Source of the DNA: Barthelona sp. PAP020
Lineage: Eukaryota
NCBI GenBank assembly: GCA_040182905.1
Contig: JARQWU010000067.1
Location: forward strand, 1-40,564
Reading direction: 5' to 3'
Length of the DNA stretch: 40,564 bases
Shown here: positions 1-9,559 of the stretch, piece after piece
Layout of the letters: the number at the start of each line of letters is the position of its first letter
Numbering within the stretch: position 1 is the first letter of the stretch
Notes under the pieces: model-generated
The model's database searches: none
What the model saw: the letters and a program-made list of their open reading frames with translations, nothing else
Told to the model about the DNA's origin: nothing
Translations under genes and position numbers: made by a program

Positions 1-2
1 TG

Positions 3-383
3 GAAGGACCTTCTCAATTAACTTACAGAGCTGCTGCCAGAGCTTTTGAAGTTATTCCTCGTACTTTAGCTGAAAATTGTGGAGCTAATGTTATTCGTTT
101 GATTACCAAGTTGAGAGCAAAACATTCTGAATTGGGAATTGATGCTTGTACATACGGTTTGGATGGTATTCAAGGTAAAATGGTCGATATGCATGATTTA
201 GGCATTTGGGAACCTTATAATGTTAAAGCACAAACAATCAAAACAGCTATTGAATCCACTTTATTATTACTTCGTATTGATCAAATTTTGTCTGGTATTG
301 TACGTTCTGAAGCTCCTAAACCTAAGGATAAGAGATTTGAAGTCGAAGAATTAGATGAAGAAGCTGACCTTCTTCCCGAATAA
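3..383 (+). CDS. CCT3: T-complex protein 1 subunit gamma (CCT3), 5'-truncated by window edge
   Basis: Frame is open from position 3: EGPSQLTYRAAARAFEVIPRTLAENCGANVIRLITKLRAKH...GIWEPYNVKAQTIKTAIESTLLLLRIDQILSG, matching the CCT-gamma C-terminal motifs (LRAKH, IWEP). Stop is TAA at 381-383. Confidence 0.92.
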   Translation, partial: EGPSQLTYRAAARAFEVIPRTLAENCGANVIRLITKLRAKHSELGIDACTYGLDGIQGKMVDMHDLGIWEPYNVKAQTIKTAIESTLLLLRIDQILSGIVRSEAPKPKDKRFEVEELDEEADLLPE

Positions 384-635
384 TAATATAAATTAATAAT
401 TTATGTTTTTTTTCTTTGGTTAAAAACAGTTATTCACATACAAAACCAAATATTTTTGAATTTTTGATTTCTTCAATTTGTGATTCGACAAAATTTTTAA
501 TTAATCAATTTATTAGAATATTTTTAATATCTTAGAATAGATGATAAACATGCAAAAAGTCAAACAAATTTGTTAAAAAAAAAAATGAAGCCCCACATTT
601 TAAAAGGCATTTTTTTGTATTGTAGTCGATTTAAT

Positions 636-2534
636 ATGGAGGACAATAACAATATCCAAGTTGTAGTCAGAGTAAGGCCTCCACATAGTGATGATTATGA
701 GATATTATCATCTCATAATCAATCTTTAACGATTGAATCGGAATATGATTCAAAATCTTTTAATTTTGATCGTGTTTTTTCATCTAATGCAACACAAGAA
801 GAAATATATGATGAAATAGGTCGAAATGCCGTAAATGAAGCGTTAAAAGGATATAATAGTACTGTTATGGTTTATGGACAAACTGGAAGTGGTAAAACAT
901 TTACCGTGTTTGGTCCGCCTGAAGATTGGATGTATTCTGCTACCAATATTCAACACCGTCCCTTTTTGAATTGTGGAATCATTCCTAGAACCATTTTGCA
1001 AGTATTTGATTATATTGATTGTCATCCCAATCATGAATTTAGGATTTCTATCTCTTTTTTTGAAATTTATTTGACAAAACGGATTGTGGATTTGTTGGAT
1101 CCTTCAGAAAAACGATTAACTATACGTTCTAGACCAAATTTAGATCAAAATAAAAGAGATGAAGTATATGTAGAGAATCTATCTGTTGTTACTGTATGCT
1201 CACCAAAAGATGTATTAGATTTGGTCCAAGAGGGTGCAAAGAAACGTACTATACACAAAACTTCTATGAATGAGGTCTCTTCCCGGTCTCATGTTGTTTT
1301 ACAATTGAGTATTGAACAAAGATCGATTGAAACTGGTGATGTTATTCATGGTGTTTTGAAGATTGTTGATTTAGCAGGTTCTGAACGTGTGACAAAGGCT
1401 GGAGTGAAGAATAATCGTTTAAGAGAAGCTATCTCCATTAATTCCTCACTTTCTTCCTTAGGTAATGTCATTCGAGCCCTACAATCAAACAAACCGCATA
1501 TTCCTTACAGAGACTCACCACTAACTCATTTATTGAGTGATAGTTTGGGTGGAAATGCCAAAACTGTTCTTTGTGTTTGTGTTTGTCCTGATTATTCTCA
1601 ACTAGAAGAAACAATCGCTTCATTAAGGTTTGCACAAAATGCTAAGGAGGTCAAAAATAATGCCCAAGTGAATCATCTACCTGATTTCAAGATGTTATCT
1701 AAGACTCTTCATGAACAGTTATTGCATTTTAAGACTGAAAATGAAGTTCTTGTGAACACAAATAAAAAATTGGAGAAGCGTTTGGAAGAACTAGAATCTG
1801 CTGGACATTCACATCATAGAATTTCATCAATGACTCAAAATTTGCTGGTTCCTGAAGATTCATCGAGTGTTGAAGAAGATTCTTCAGCAGATTCTAGCTC
1901 TGATTTATTTATTGATTCTTCATCTCCATTATCCGATAGATTGCAACATATCGTTAGTTCTCCCAGTAATCGATTAGAACTAGTGAATGTAGCTCGAAAT
2001 GATAATGAGTTGAGATATTCAGGAAGCAACAATATACCTTTAGCTATGTATGAACAGTATGGAATTGAAAAGCCATTTTTGGGTCAATCGTGGCAACAAA
2101 GAGAATTTGAATTGATTCAGAAATTTAGCTCAGTAATATCTAAATTACAAAGTGAGGTTCAAAAGTTCAAAGCCATAGCTAGACAGTCAAGTTTTGAAAC
2201 AAATCCAGAAGATTCAATCCTGGCAGATTCAATAGTTGAGCAATTGAGAAATATTCCCTCTATTGCTTCTGCTATGGATAATATTGTCTTGTCAAGACCA
2301 AATACCCATACTCATACCCATGTTCAGCAAGAACAGCTTTTACAAAATCGAACTCAAAATGAACTCCACAACAATCATTTTGAACCAATTTTGGATAATC
2401 ATTTTGTTTCTATGAATTCCAGAGATGGAAGAGAGATCAATTCTAGATTTTTGGACAAATCATATTATTCTACCCTTAGAAGTCCCGCTTTATCAGTTGC
2501 TAAGTCAAAATTGGGACTGTCAGACTTGAATTAG
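636..2534 (+). CDS. N-terminal-motor kinesin with coiled-coil stalk and disordered tail
   Basis: Motifs IQVVVRVRP, FNFDRVF, P-loop GQTGSGKT, SSRSH, VDLAGSE, HIPYRDSPLT and SLGGN. ATG 636 (MEDNNNIQV) is preferred over the TTG start at 570. Subfamily not assigned. Confidence 0.95.
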   Translation: MEDNNNIQVVVRVRPPHSDDYEILSSHNQSLTIESEYDSKSFNFDRVFSSNATQEEIYDEIGRNAVNEALKGYNSTVMVYGQTGSGKTFTVFGPPEDWMYSATNIQHRPFLNCGIIPRTILQVFDYIDCHPNHEFRISISFFEIYLTKRIVDLLDPSEKRLTIRSRPNLDQNKRDEVYVENLSVVTVCSPKDVLDLVQEGAKKRTIHKTSMNEVSSRSHVVLQLSIEQRSIETGDVIHGVLKIVDLAGSERVTKAGVKNNRLREAISINSSLSSLGNVIRALQSNKPHIPYRDSPLTHLLSDSLGGNAKTVLCVCVCPDYSQLEETIASLRFAQNAKEVKNNAQVNHLPDFKMLSKTLHEQLLHFKTENEVLVNTNKKLEKRLEELESAGHSHHRISSMTQNLLVPEDSSSVEEDSSADSSSDLFIDSSSPLSDRLQHIVSSPSNRLELVNVARNDNELRYSGSNNIPLAMYEQYGIEKPFLGQSWQQREFELIQKFSSVISKLQSEVQKFKAIARQSSFETNPEDSILADSIVEQLRNIPSIASAMDNIVLSRPNTHTHTHVQQEQLLQNRTQNELHNNHFEPILDNHFVSMNSRDGREINSRFLDKSYYSTLRSPALSVAKSKLGLSDLN

Positions 2535-2738
2535 TTGTCTTCGTCACTTTTGTATGAGAACGTGTAAAGCCCTTTTCTTTTTTTTTGTCTGTTTTTTGTT
2601 TTTATTTTTATTTCCAAGCAACAATGCCTGATCGTATGAGTAAATAAAAGAGGACAGTGTTTATTTTCTTGAAAAGTTTTCAATTCCCATGGACATTGAA
2701 AAATCATGGAATATGGATACAAAATACAATGTTGAGTT

Positions 2739-3932
2739 TTACAAGTCTGAAGCAGTGAATTCTTGGATTGGGACATTTCCCTCTAGATTGTATCCACCAC
2801 ACAACAAACGAGTTCCATTGTGGTTGAGGGCCATGGCAAGAATCTTAAAAGGTACAGGTACTCTCTGCAACACTTGACCTGTTTCTCTTTGAAACACAGC
2901 AAATGATTTGTCAGAAGAACCAGAATAGATCAATGAACCATCTTGAGAGAAGATAATAGAGTATATATAACAATCATGAACCTTGTGTTTTCCCAGCAAC
3001 TCCCTAGATTCAACATTAAATATCCTGACTGTACCAATATCACCATTTGTTGCCCAATAAGCACTATCGGATGAGAAGCTGCCTATTAGAACACTGTTTC
3101 CATCATTACTCCACGTGTGAAGCTCTTCATATGTTTTCAATAAAAACAATTTTGAACATCCATCATCGGCGATAGAAGCAAAGTACTTCATGTCGGGGCT
3201 GATACGTACAGATCGAACATGTTTTTCATGAGCTCGAAATTCATGCAACTTCTGACCTTCCACAGTGTATATGGCAATGTAACCATTATCCATACCAAAA
3301 GAAAGCAATTTGCCATCTGGTGAGAACCACACTCGTCTTACATCCCTTGTCATGCCCCTAATCACTCTTACTGTTCTCCAAGTATCAACCTCAATGATAT
3401 GAATAGCTGGACCATCACCACCAACAGCCAATAGCTTGGAGTCGGGACTAAAATTGAGACCCACAGCCTTCAAATACTTCCCTTCATGCACAATTTCATA
3501 TGTTTCAGCATTGTAGACTCTGATTAATTTAGTACTATGTCCGCCAATTACAAAAAAACGTCCATCAGGGCTATAATCAAGGGTATAAATCACTGTATCA
3601 AAATAATCCTCACTAAACACAGGCATTTCATCAAAAATTTCGACCAGATGAAAAATTTGCTTCCCATTTTCACTCGATGATTCTTTATCGTTGTTGTCCA
3701 AAAGCTCATTCATTTGGTTGGTTAAATGATCTACCAGATTCATTGATTCTTGTCTTTCATTCGTCAATTCTTCTTCTTTACCTTTTAAATCACCGAAATG
3801 ATTGGTTAATTCTTGCTTTTGCTTTCCTACTGATATATTGACATCATCATCTGATTCTTCAATAATTTTTATGCAGTGCTTTGCACGTTGTTTTAGTTCG
3901 TGTGATTCTTGGTTTTCTTCAAGGATGAACAT
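2739..3932 (-). CDS. Coiled-coil + WD40 beta-propeller protein (kinase-less paralogue of 12801-14919)
   Basis: Repeated YSPDG/FSPDS/FSPDG/ISPD/FSQDG blades. ATG 3932 (MFILEENQESHEL) aligns with paralogue ATG 14919 (MFTFEENQGSHEL), so the ORF-track extension to 4172 is probably not coding. Confidence 0.85.
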   Translation of the reverse strand: MFILEENQESHELKQRAKHCIKIIEESDDDVNISVGKQKQELTNHFGDLKGKEEELTNERQESMNLVDHLTNQMNELLDNNDKESSSENGKQIFHLVEIFDEMPVFSEDYFDTVIYTLDYSPDGRFFVIGGHSTKLIRVYNAETYEIVHEGKYLKAVGLNFSPDSKLLAVGGDGPAIHIIEVDTWRTVRVIRGMTRDVRRVWFSPDGKLLSFGMDNGYIAIYTVEGQKLHEFRAHEKHVRSVRISPDMKYFASIADDGCSKLFLLKTYEELHTWSNDGNSVLIGSFSSDSAYWATNGDIGTVRIFNVESRELLGKHKVHDCYIYSIIFSQDGSLIYSGSSDKSFAVFQRETGQVLQRVPVPFKILAMALNHNGTRLLCGGYNLEGNVPIQEFTASDL

Positions 3933-3997
3933 GGAAAAAAGAAGAAAAAGAAGAAAATTGTAAAACATTCTATTTTCAACTTCTTTTTTGCTTTCTG
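2762..3997 (-). repeat. Duplicated segment, copy A (WD40, coiled coil, N-terminal leader and upstream flank)
   Basis: Long near-identical nucleotide runs shared with about 12838-13909 and 14835-14977, e.g. ccaacagccaatagcttggagtcgggact at 3421 and 13501. Boundaries are approximate. Confidence 0.9.
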
Positions 3998-4456
3998 GAT
4001 TAGGATTCTGTTTGTGATATCCAAAAGGGGTGACTTCAAAAAGGGTTGAATTTATAAGTATTGACACCATTTGAAATATTTCTAATGCTTTTTCATTTAA
4101 AAATAGTGAATTTAATGAAGATAATCTGCAAATATGTAGCTTGTTTGAGTTGTATGTAACATCAATGCTCATTGTTGATTGAATATACCAAAAAATAAAA
4201 AGTATTTATTTCCCCATTAACAAACATGGTTGTTTCACAACTAGATTAATGTTCTAAAAATTTTTTTTGTTCATTGTTTTTTTTTTTTGGTCTTCTTTTT
4301 CAATCAGTGAGGCATGTAAAACAGATGAAAATCAAAGTCACCCAATATTCAACTGTTGAGTTGCCCATCTAAATTTGGAAAAGTTTTGGTAACTGTTGAT
4401 AAAAAATGCACGTTAAACAAAAATATCTTCTACAATTTACAAAAATAAGTAAAGAA

Positions 4457-5039
4457 TTAACTTGATTGATTAACTTGGTTAATGATCCAACTTAGCCCTT
4501 CTTCAAGTCCATCTCCAGTCCTAGCAGAACATCCTTGGATTTGCCAACGTCTATCACGAATTTTAAAAAGACGAAGATCTTCTGTAATTTTTGTGGCTGG
4601 TAAAGCCGTTAAAATATCTTGTTTATTGGCAAAAATTAAAACTGGTACACCAATTAAAGCTTGTTCTTCTAATAAAATGGACAATTCATGACCAGCTTCT
4701 TGAAATCTTCTTAAATCAGCAGCGTCAATAACATAAATTAAACAATCAGTATTTTCATAATAATTTTTCCAGAAAGACCTCAAAGCTCTTTGGCCACCAA
4801 TATCCCAAACATTTAATTTAAAATTTTCCTTTTGTAAACTTTTAACACCAAAACCTTGTGTTGGCATGATATGAGTAATATCATCATTTGATAATTTATG
4901 TAATATTGTAGTTTTTCCAGCGTTATCAAGCCCCAATAATAATAATCTTAATTCTCGATCAGAACGACGTAGTCTACGAATAATATCAAATAATCCCTAA
5001 ATCATTAGTGATAAATTTCAAGGAATTTAAAGAAACCAT
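4457..5039 (-). CDS. ARL3: ADP-ribosylation factor-like GTPase 3; exons 5037-5039 and 4457-4996 (180 aa)
   Basis: Splicing gives [31 protein letters not shown] with the Arf-family Gly2. Also has [21 protein letters not shown] (ARL3-type), ANKQD and CSA. Confidence 0.93.
4997..5036 (-). other. 40-nt spliceosomal intron directly after the ARL3 start codon
   Basis: GTTTCTTTAAATTCCTTGAAATTTATCACTAATGATTTAG. Removal restores the MGL N-terminus in frame. Branch-like ACTAAT. Confidence 0.88.
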
Positions 5040-5083
5040 TTTTAGAAATTGAAAAAAAAACAACCCAAATTTTATTTTTAAAA

Positions 5084-6247
5084 TTAACGTCTGTGAATAG
5101 TAAATTCAGTAACAAATCTGAATAAACCTGGTGAAAATTGAGCACCACATTTACGAAAATCATGTAATTCAACAGAATAATGAACAGGCAAAATTCTTTC
5201 GATTCTTTCTTTTTGTTCATTTTTTAAATCATCCATATTTAATTCAGAAGTAATTCTAAGAAAATCGAAAAAGAAATATAAAGTTGAGTCTAAAATTAAA
5301 TTGAAAGTTGGTGGCAAAAAAGTTTCAATCAAATTTGGCAATCTGGGACAAGGGCAAATAATAACATCAAAATAACGATTATTGTTTATTGATTCACAAT
5401 ATTCAATTGCATTTTCATTTACAAATTCAACAACATTTTCCAATTCATTCAATTGAATATTCTTATTTGCATAATAATCACATTCAGCATTTAATTCCAC
5501 TCCAATTACTGAATTGATTTTTGGGTTGTCTCTTGCCAACACAATAGGAAAAGGTAATACACCACAAAAAAGAGTTAAAACATCAATTTTCTCCTTAGCA
5601 AATTGTTTTTCAATTATTTTATTGCGAATTTCAATTCTTTCATTGGCCATTCTTAATGAAAAGAAAAACTTTTCAACATGCACCAAAAATTTGCAACCAA
5701 ACTCACTGTGAATGCTTTCTTTTTTATTTTCTCCAGCCAATATTTTTACTGTTTGGCATCTTAATTCACCACTAAAAGGAACAACCTTGGTACACACTGT
5801 TTTTACCAATGGGCGATAATTTAAAATAGCTTCACCTACTTTTTTACCGTACTCATCAATTAAAGAGGGACATAAATGAACAATTAGTATATCTCCAATG
5901 ATATCCCATGATTGAGGAATCTGGTTGATAATGTTATCAGGAAGGTTTTGATCTTGTAAACATTGGTGAAATGATTTTTTTCTAAAAATTGTTGTGGATA
6001 AAGTTTCCTTTTCAATGAGAGAAAAACTATCTATATCTCTTATTTTTATCATTGAATTATGATTATTGATGTATTCAATTACATTTGGTTCAAGGATACC
6101 ACTTAATTTGATTATTTTAAGGTTATTTGGTAAATTAAAAATGGATTTTTTCTTTAACAGGTCTTTTGATCGAAAATATTGAATGTATTCAGATAATTTT
6201 GAATGATCAATGATTTCGATGTGAGTTATTTCTTCTTCGTCATTCAT
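5084..6247 (-). CDS. Trm5/Met-10+ family tRNA methyltransferase, archaeal-like and divergent
   Basis: WDIIGDILIVHL, SGELR..KILAGEN..IHSEFGCKFLV...FFFSLRMANER, SAM-motif-I-like LFCGVLPF, GVELN and FDVIICPCP. First ATG at 6247. Confidence 0.8.
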   Translation of the reverse strand: MNDEEEITHIEIIDHSKLSEYIQYFRSKDLLKKKSIFNLPNNLKIIKLSGILEPNVIEYINNHNSMIKIRDIDSFSLIEKETLSTTIFRKKSFHQCLQDQNLPDNIINQIPQSWDIIGDILIVHLCPSLIDEYGKKVGEAILNYRPLVKTVCTKVVPFSGELRCQTVKILAGENKKESIHSEFGCKFLVHVEKFFFSLRMANERIEIRNKIIEKQFAKEKIDVLTLFCGVLPFPIVLARDNPKINSVIGVELNAECDYYANKNIQLNELENVVEFVNENAIEYCESINNNRYFDVIICPCPRLPNLIETFLPPTFNLILDSTLYFFFDFLRITSELNMDDLKNEQKERIERILPVHYSVELHDFRKCGAQFSPGLFRFVTEFTIHRR

Positions 6248-6349
6248 TCTTCTTTCACTCAACAAAAAAAAAAAAAAACTAAATAATTAAAAGAATTTAC
6301 CTCCAAATAGCAACCGCAAATGATTGAAACAAATAAATATTGTAAAAAG

Positions 6350-7408
6350 TCAAAATTTAGGTTCTCTTTTTTTGTTTTTTGCATTTCCATATCTTGCATT
6401 TCTATGTTTTACTTTTTCCTTTTTTTCTTTTTTTTCCTTTCTTACCTCTTTTTCTTCCTCTTCTTCCTTTTGTTCTTCTTTCTCTTCAACTTTTGTTTCA
6501 TCATCTTTTTTTTCAAGATCATTAGACCACAATAATTCACCACCCAAAAATCCAGCCTCAATTTTAAAAGGCTCCAATGTTAATCTTGGTCCCAATTCTT
6601 TGACAGAGACTTTCATTTGTTGAGAACCCTTACCAATAGGGAAAGAATGTCTTTCAAGCTCTGCATCATCTTCATTGACTAAGACTTCTTCATCAATTCC
6701 AGCAGAATCTTTGGAGTTGATGAAGTCTTCAATGGTTGTAAAATCATGAGCAGAAACATTCTTGCGTTCATGCAGTTGACGGATCGAATCTGAAATACCT
6801 GCATTTTTCATTTTTATTGAATAATGCCTAAATTCAATAGTTTCTGTCTCTTTATTTCTTTTAAATAGCACAACACGTTTACATTGAGCAATAGATTTCT
6901 TTTCAGGATCAAAGGATGGAAACATATTTCGAAGACTAGTTTTTAGTAGGGTTAAAATGTCAGAATCAATAAGTTCAGATGTTTTTCTAAATCCTGACAT
7001 AACAACAACAGGAGGAAATTGATAGTTGGCAGTTCCCGCAACAGAACGCTTTTGTAAATTAATAATGTCTGAAGACAATGAATAATCTTTGATTCTAAAA
7101 TACAAAGTAGGTCCTTGAGGGGTCTTTAATATTTTTAAAACTGGACTTTGTTCAGTAACAGTAAAAATAGCAAAGTGTGTAATCCCATAGGGTCCACAAA
7201 CATTCAATAAATCTTTCATTTTATTGCTTTTTTTGACTTTAAGATTAGAAGCAGTGTAAGGTTTCATTGTTTGTTTGAAATTATTGACTAACGCTTTAAC
7301 TGTTGTGCCAACTTTACCTTTCGAAAAAACGAATGATCTGGGATTATTGTCTTCAATTTCTTCGACATTTTCTTCGATATTATCTTTAGAATTTCGTTTT
7401 TGATTCAT
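6350..7408 (-). CDS. PPAN: Brix-domain ribosome biogenesis protein Peter Pan/Ssf1
   Basis: PRSFVF, MKPYTASNLK, GPYGITHF, PQGPTLYF, YSL..DI, IEFRHYSI and ELGPRLTL..KIEAG. Charged K/E-rich tail. Confidence 0.92.
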   Translation of the reverse strand: MNQKRNSKDNIEENVEEIEDNNPRSFVFSKGKVGTTVKALVNNFKQTMKPYTASNLKVKKSNKMKDLLNVCGPYGITHFAIFTVTEQSPVLKILKTPQGPTLYFRIKDYSLSSDIINLQKRSVAGTANYQFPPVVVMSGFRKTSELIDSDILTLLKTSLRNMFPSFDPEKKSIAQCKRVVLFKRNKETETIEFRHYSIKMKNAGISDSIRQLHERKNVSAHDFTTIEDFINSKDSAGIDEEVLVNEDDAELERHSFPIGKGSQQMKVSVKELGPRLTLEPFKIEAGFLGGELLWSNDLEKKDDETKVEEKEEQKEEEEEKEVRKEKKEKKEKVKHRNARYGNAKNKKREPKF

Positions 7409-7611
7409 TGAGTGTTGAAAAAAAAAAATTATTGAAAATTATTGAGGAACTGTTCTTTTTAGTTATTTTATTTATGAGTTTTTTGTTGTGAACATTAACT
7501 GTGAATTATGTAAATTCTTTATCAAAAAACTATCTTGAATTTCACCATAAAAGAAACCAAGAATTTTTCCTTTTACTTTATCAATTATTGTTTTCATTAT
7601 TAAAACAAAAA

Positions 7612-8502
7612 ATGACTTCTTTAAATGAATTATTATCTGGAAATTCTGTTCAAAATGACTATCAAGAATTTGTTCAACGAATTGAGTATTTTGAAGTATT
7701 TTCTGATGATTGGTTTCAAATGATTACTTCTATTGTTTACTTAGGTAGAATTATTAAGCCTCTTCTTGTTCCTAATTCTTTATATCCTAATAGTGAATTG
7801 TTTAGTGGAGAAAATGTGGCATTGATAAATGATATTGGTTTTGCTGATAAATCTCAAACTATATTAGACTTATTGATCGATTATAAACAAGCAATGCGTG
7901 ATTCTTCAAGATCAGGTGAGAATTATGGTAATTTTATTAAATCCATCGCAACTAGATTTCAAATTCATCCTGCTCAAGCTGCCCAATTATTTGTTGAGAT
8001 TGAAGAAAATTTGGGTCTGCTTTTTAATTTGTTAATGTCCGTTTCTTCTTTTATTTCAACTATCAACATCAATCTTTTATTCACTCATTTAAATTTTATG
8101 TGTAAAACTGATGAAATTATGATATTAAATGAACAAAATGTCAATAAAACACAGGAAGCTTTAGTTCCCATTTATTTATTCAAATTGTTCTCATGCGTTG
8201 AAGAATTAGATATCAACAGTGTTATAGACTCTTTGATTCAATATGATATTGTTGATTTACTTCTCGAGCATGTTTACAAACAAAAGAAAAAATTTGTTGT
8301 TGATTGGGTTGAGATAGCAATGGAATCATTATCAATGTTGGTAGATCTTGAAGAATTTGAAATATATAAAGATGATATTTTGAAAAGAAACCAGAAACTT
8401 TTGATTGAACTGGTTGAAACATGTATTGAACCAAAAATTAAAGAAAAAGTAGCTTTGAGAAGAAAATTTGCTCCGTTATTGAGATTGAGAGCTTCTTTGT
8501 AA
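7612..8502 (+). CDS. Hypothetical alpha-helical protein (296 aa)
   Basis: Long ORF with an ATG after an A-run (7612) and normal codon usage. No confident family. Confidence 0.75.
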   Translation: MTSLNELLSGNSVQNDYQEFVQRIEYFEVFSDDWFQMITSIVYLGRIIKPLLVPNSLYPNSELFSGENVALINDIGFADKSQTILDLLIDYKQAMRDSSRSGENYGNFIKSIATRFQIHPAQAAQLFVEIEENLGLLFNLLMSVSSFISTININLLFTHLNFMCKTDEIMILNEQNVNKTQEALVPIYLFKLFSCVEELDINSVIDSLIQYDIVDLLLEHVYKQKKKFVVDWVEIAMESLSMLVDLEEFEIYKDDILKRNQKLLIELVETCIEPKIKEKVALRRKFAPLLRLRASL

Positions 8503-8781
8503 TTTCTTTTACTTTTCTTTTTCTTTTAAAATAATTGCAATAATAAATTTATAAATTGTTTTTTCATATCTTGGTGTTTAAATTTTTGTTGAATTTGTTG
8601 AATTAAAATTTCCTTCTTAAAAATTCATTTTTTAATTATTTTGTATCATTGATGTTGTTTACAGTAATTTAAGATGCAAAAGAAAATTAAATATCCTTGA
8701 AAAGGCCGGCATTTTGGATTGAGAAAAATCGTAACTTTTTGGTTTTTGTCATTTTCCTTTACTTTTTTTTTTTTTTTCGTC

Positions 8782-9123
8782 ATGACTCATCCATCTCTTG
8801 TTGTTAGAACACATGGTGATCACAATGTTGTTACTGGCAAGAAATCTCGAAAAGAAATTATCCAAAAAAATTTACAACAAACTTCAATGGTACAAATGCA
8901 AAAGAAAGCAATTAAAGAGACTAACAGTTCAATTACTTCTGATTTTGAATCAAAGAATTATCTTTTAAGATTGAAACAAATGCTTTTAGAAACTAGTCAA
9001 GAAAATGAAACCTTACACAAAGAAAACAAAAATTTAAAGGATAGAGTCAATGAATTAGAATCTTTTGTGTCGGAATTAACCTTACAAATTGAAATTTTTA
9101 AGAAATCTGGTGATTCCATTTGA
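8782..9123 (+). CDS. Small coiled-coil protein (113 aa)
   Basis: ATG 8782 follows a T-tract. C-terminal heptads ENETLHKENKNLKDRVNELESFVSEL. Confidence 0.7.
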   Translation: MTHPSLVVRTHGDHNVVTGKKSRKEIIQKNLQQTSMVQMQKKAIKETNSSITSDFESKNYLLRLKQMLLETSQENETLHKENKNLKDRVNELESFVSELTLQIEIFKKSGDSI

Positions 9124-9559
9124 TAATTTCCCTTTTTCTAATTTTATTTGTATTTTTAATTTTTGTATGTTGATGTATTATCATTAATTATTTGCATTTA
9201 GTTGTTTAAGTCATTGAGTTATTTAATTTGTTTGTTCTATTTAGTTTATATTTGTAAAAATATGTTTTATTGTTTTTGTTGCATGTTTTGATAGTTTTCA
9301 AAAAAAAATTTGTGTTATTCAGCCAAATATTATCATATTTTTGAAACAAAAATGTCACTTTGTGCAGTGAGTATTCAAGTGACAAAGCATAAAAAGAAAA
9401 GTGAAATGAACATTTTATTATTTTTTTAAAAGAAACATGTATATTTTTGTTGAAAAAATATAGTCAAATTTTTAAAGTAATATGAAAACAATGAGTAAGA
9501 AGTTTTGAAAATAGTTACGAGGGTGATGTAGAATTTTCAAAAACTACTATTTTGATTGA

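Noticed and set aside
3933..4172. 80-codon N-terminal extension of the WD40 ORF
   Set aside because: The paralogue's ATG aligns at 3932 and the extension crosses a T-rich promoter-like tract.
9353..9384. Hairpin tgtcactt...aagtgaca with CAGTGA in the loop (iron-responsive-element-like)
   Set aside because: It lacks the 5-bp upper stem and bulged C of an IRE, and an 8-bp stem is plausible by chance in 40 kb.
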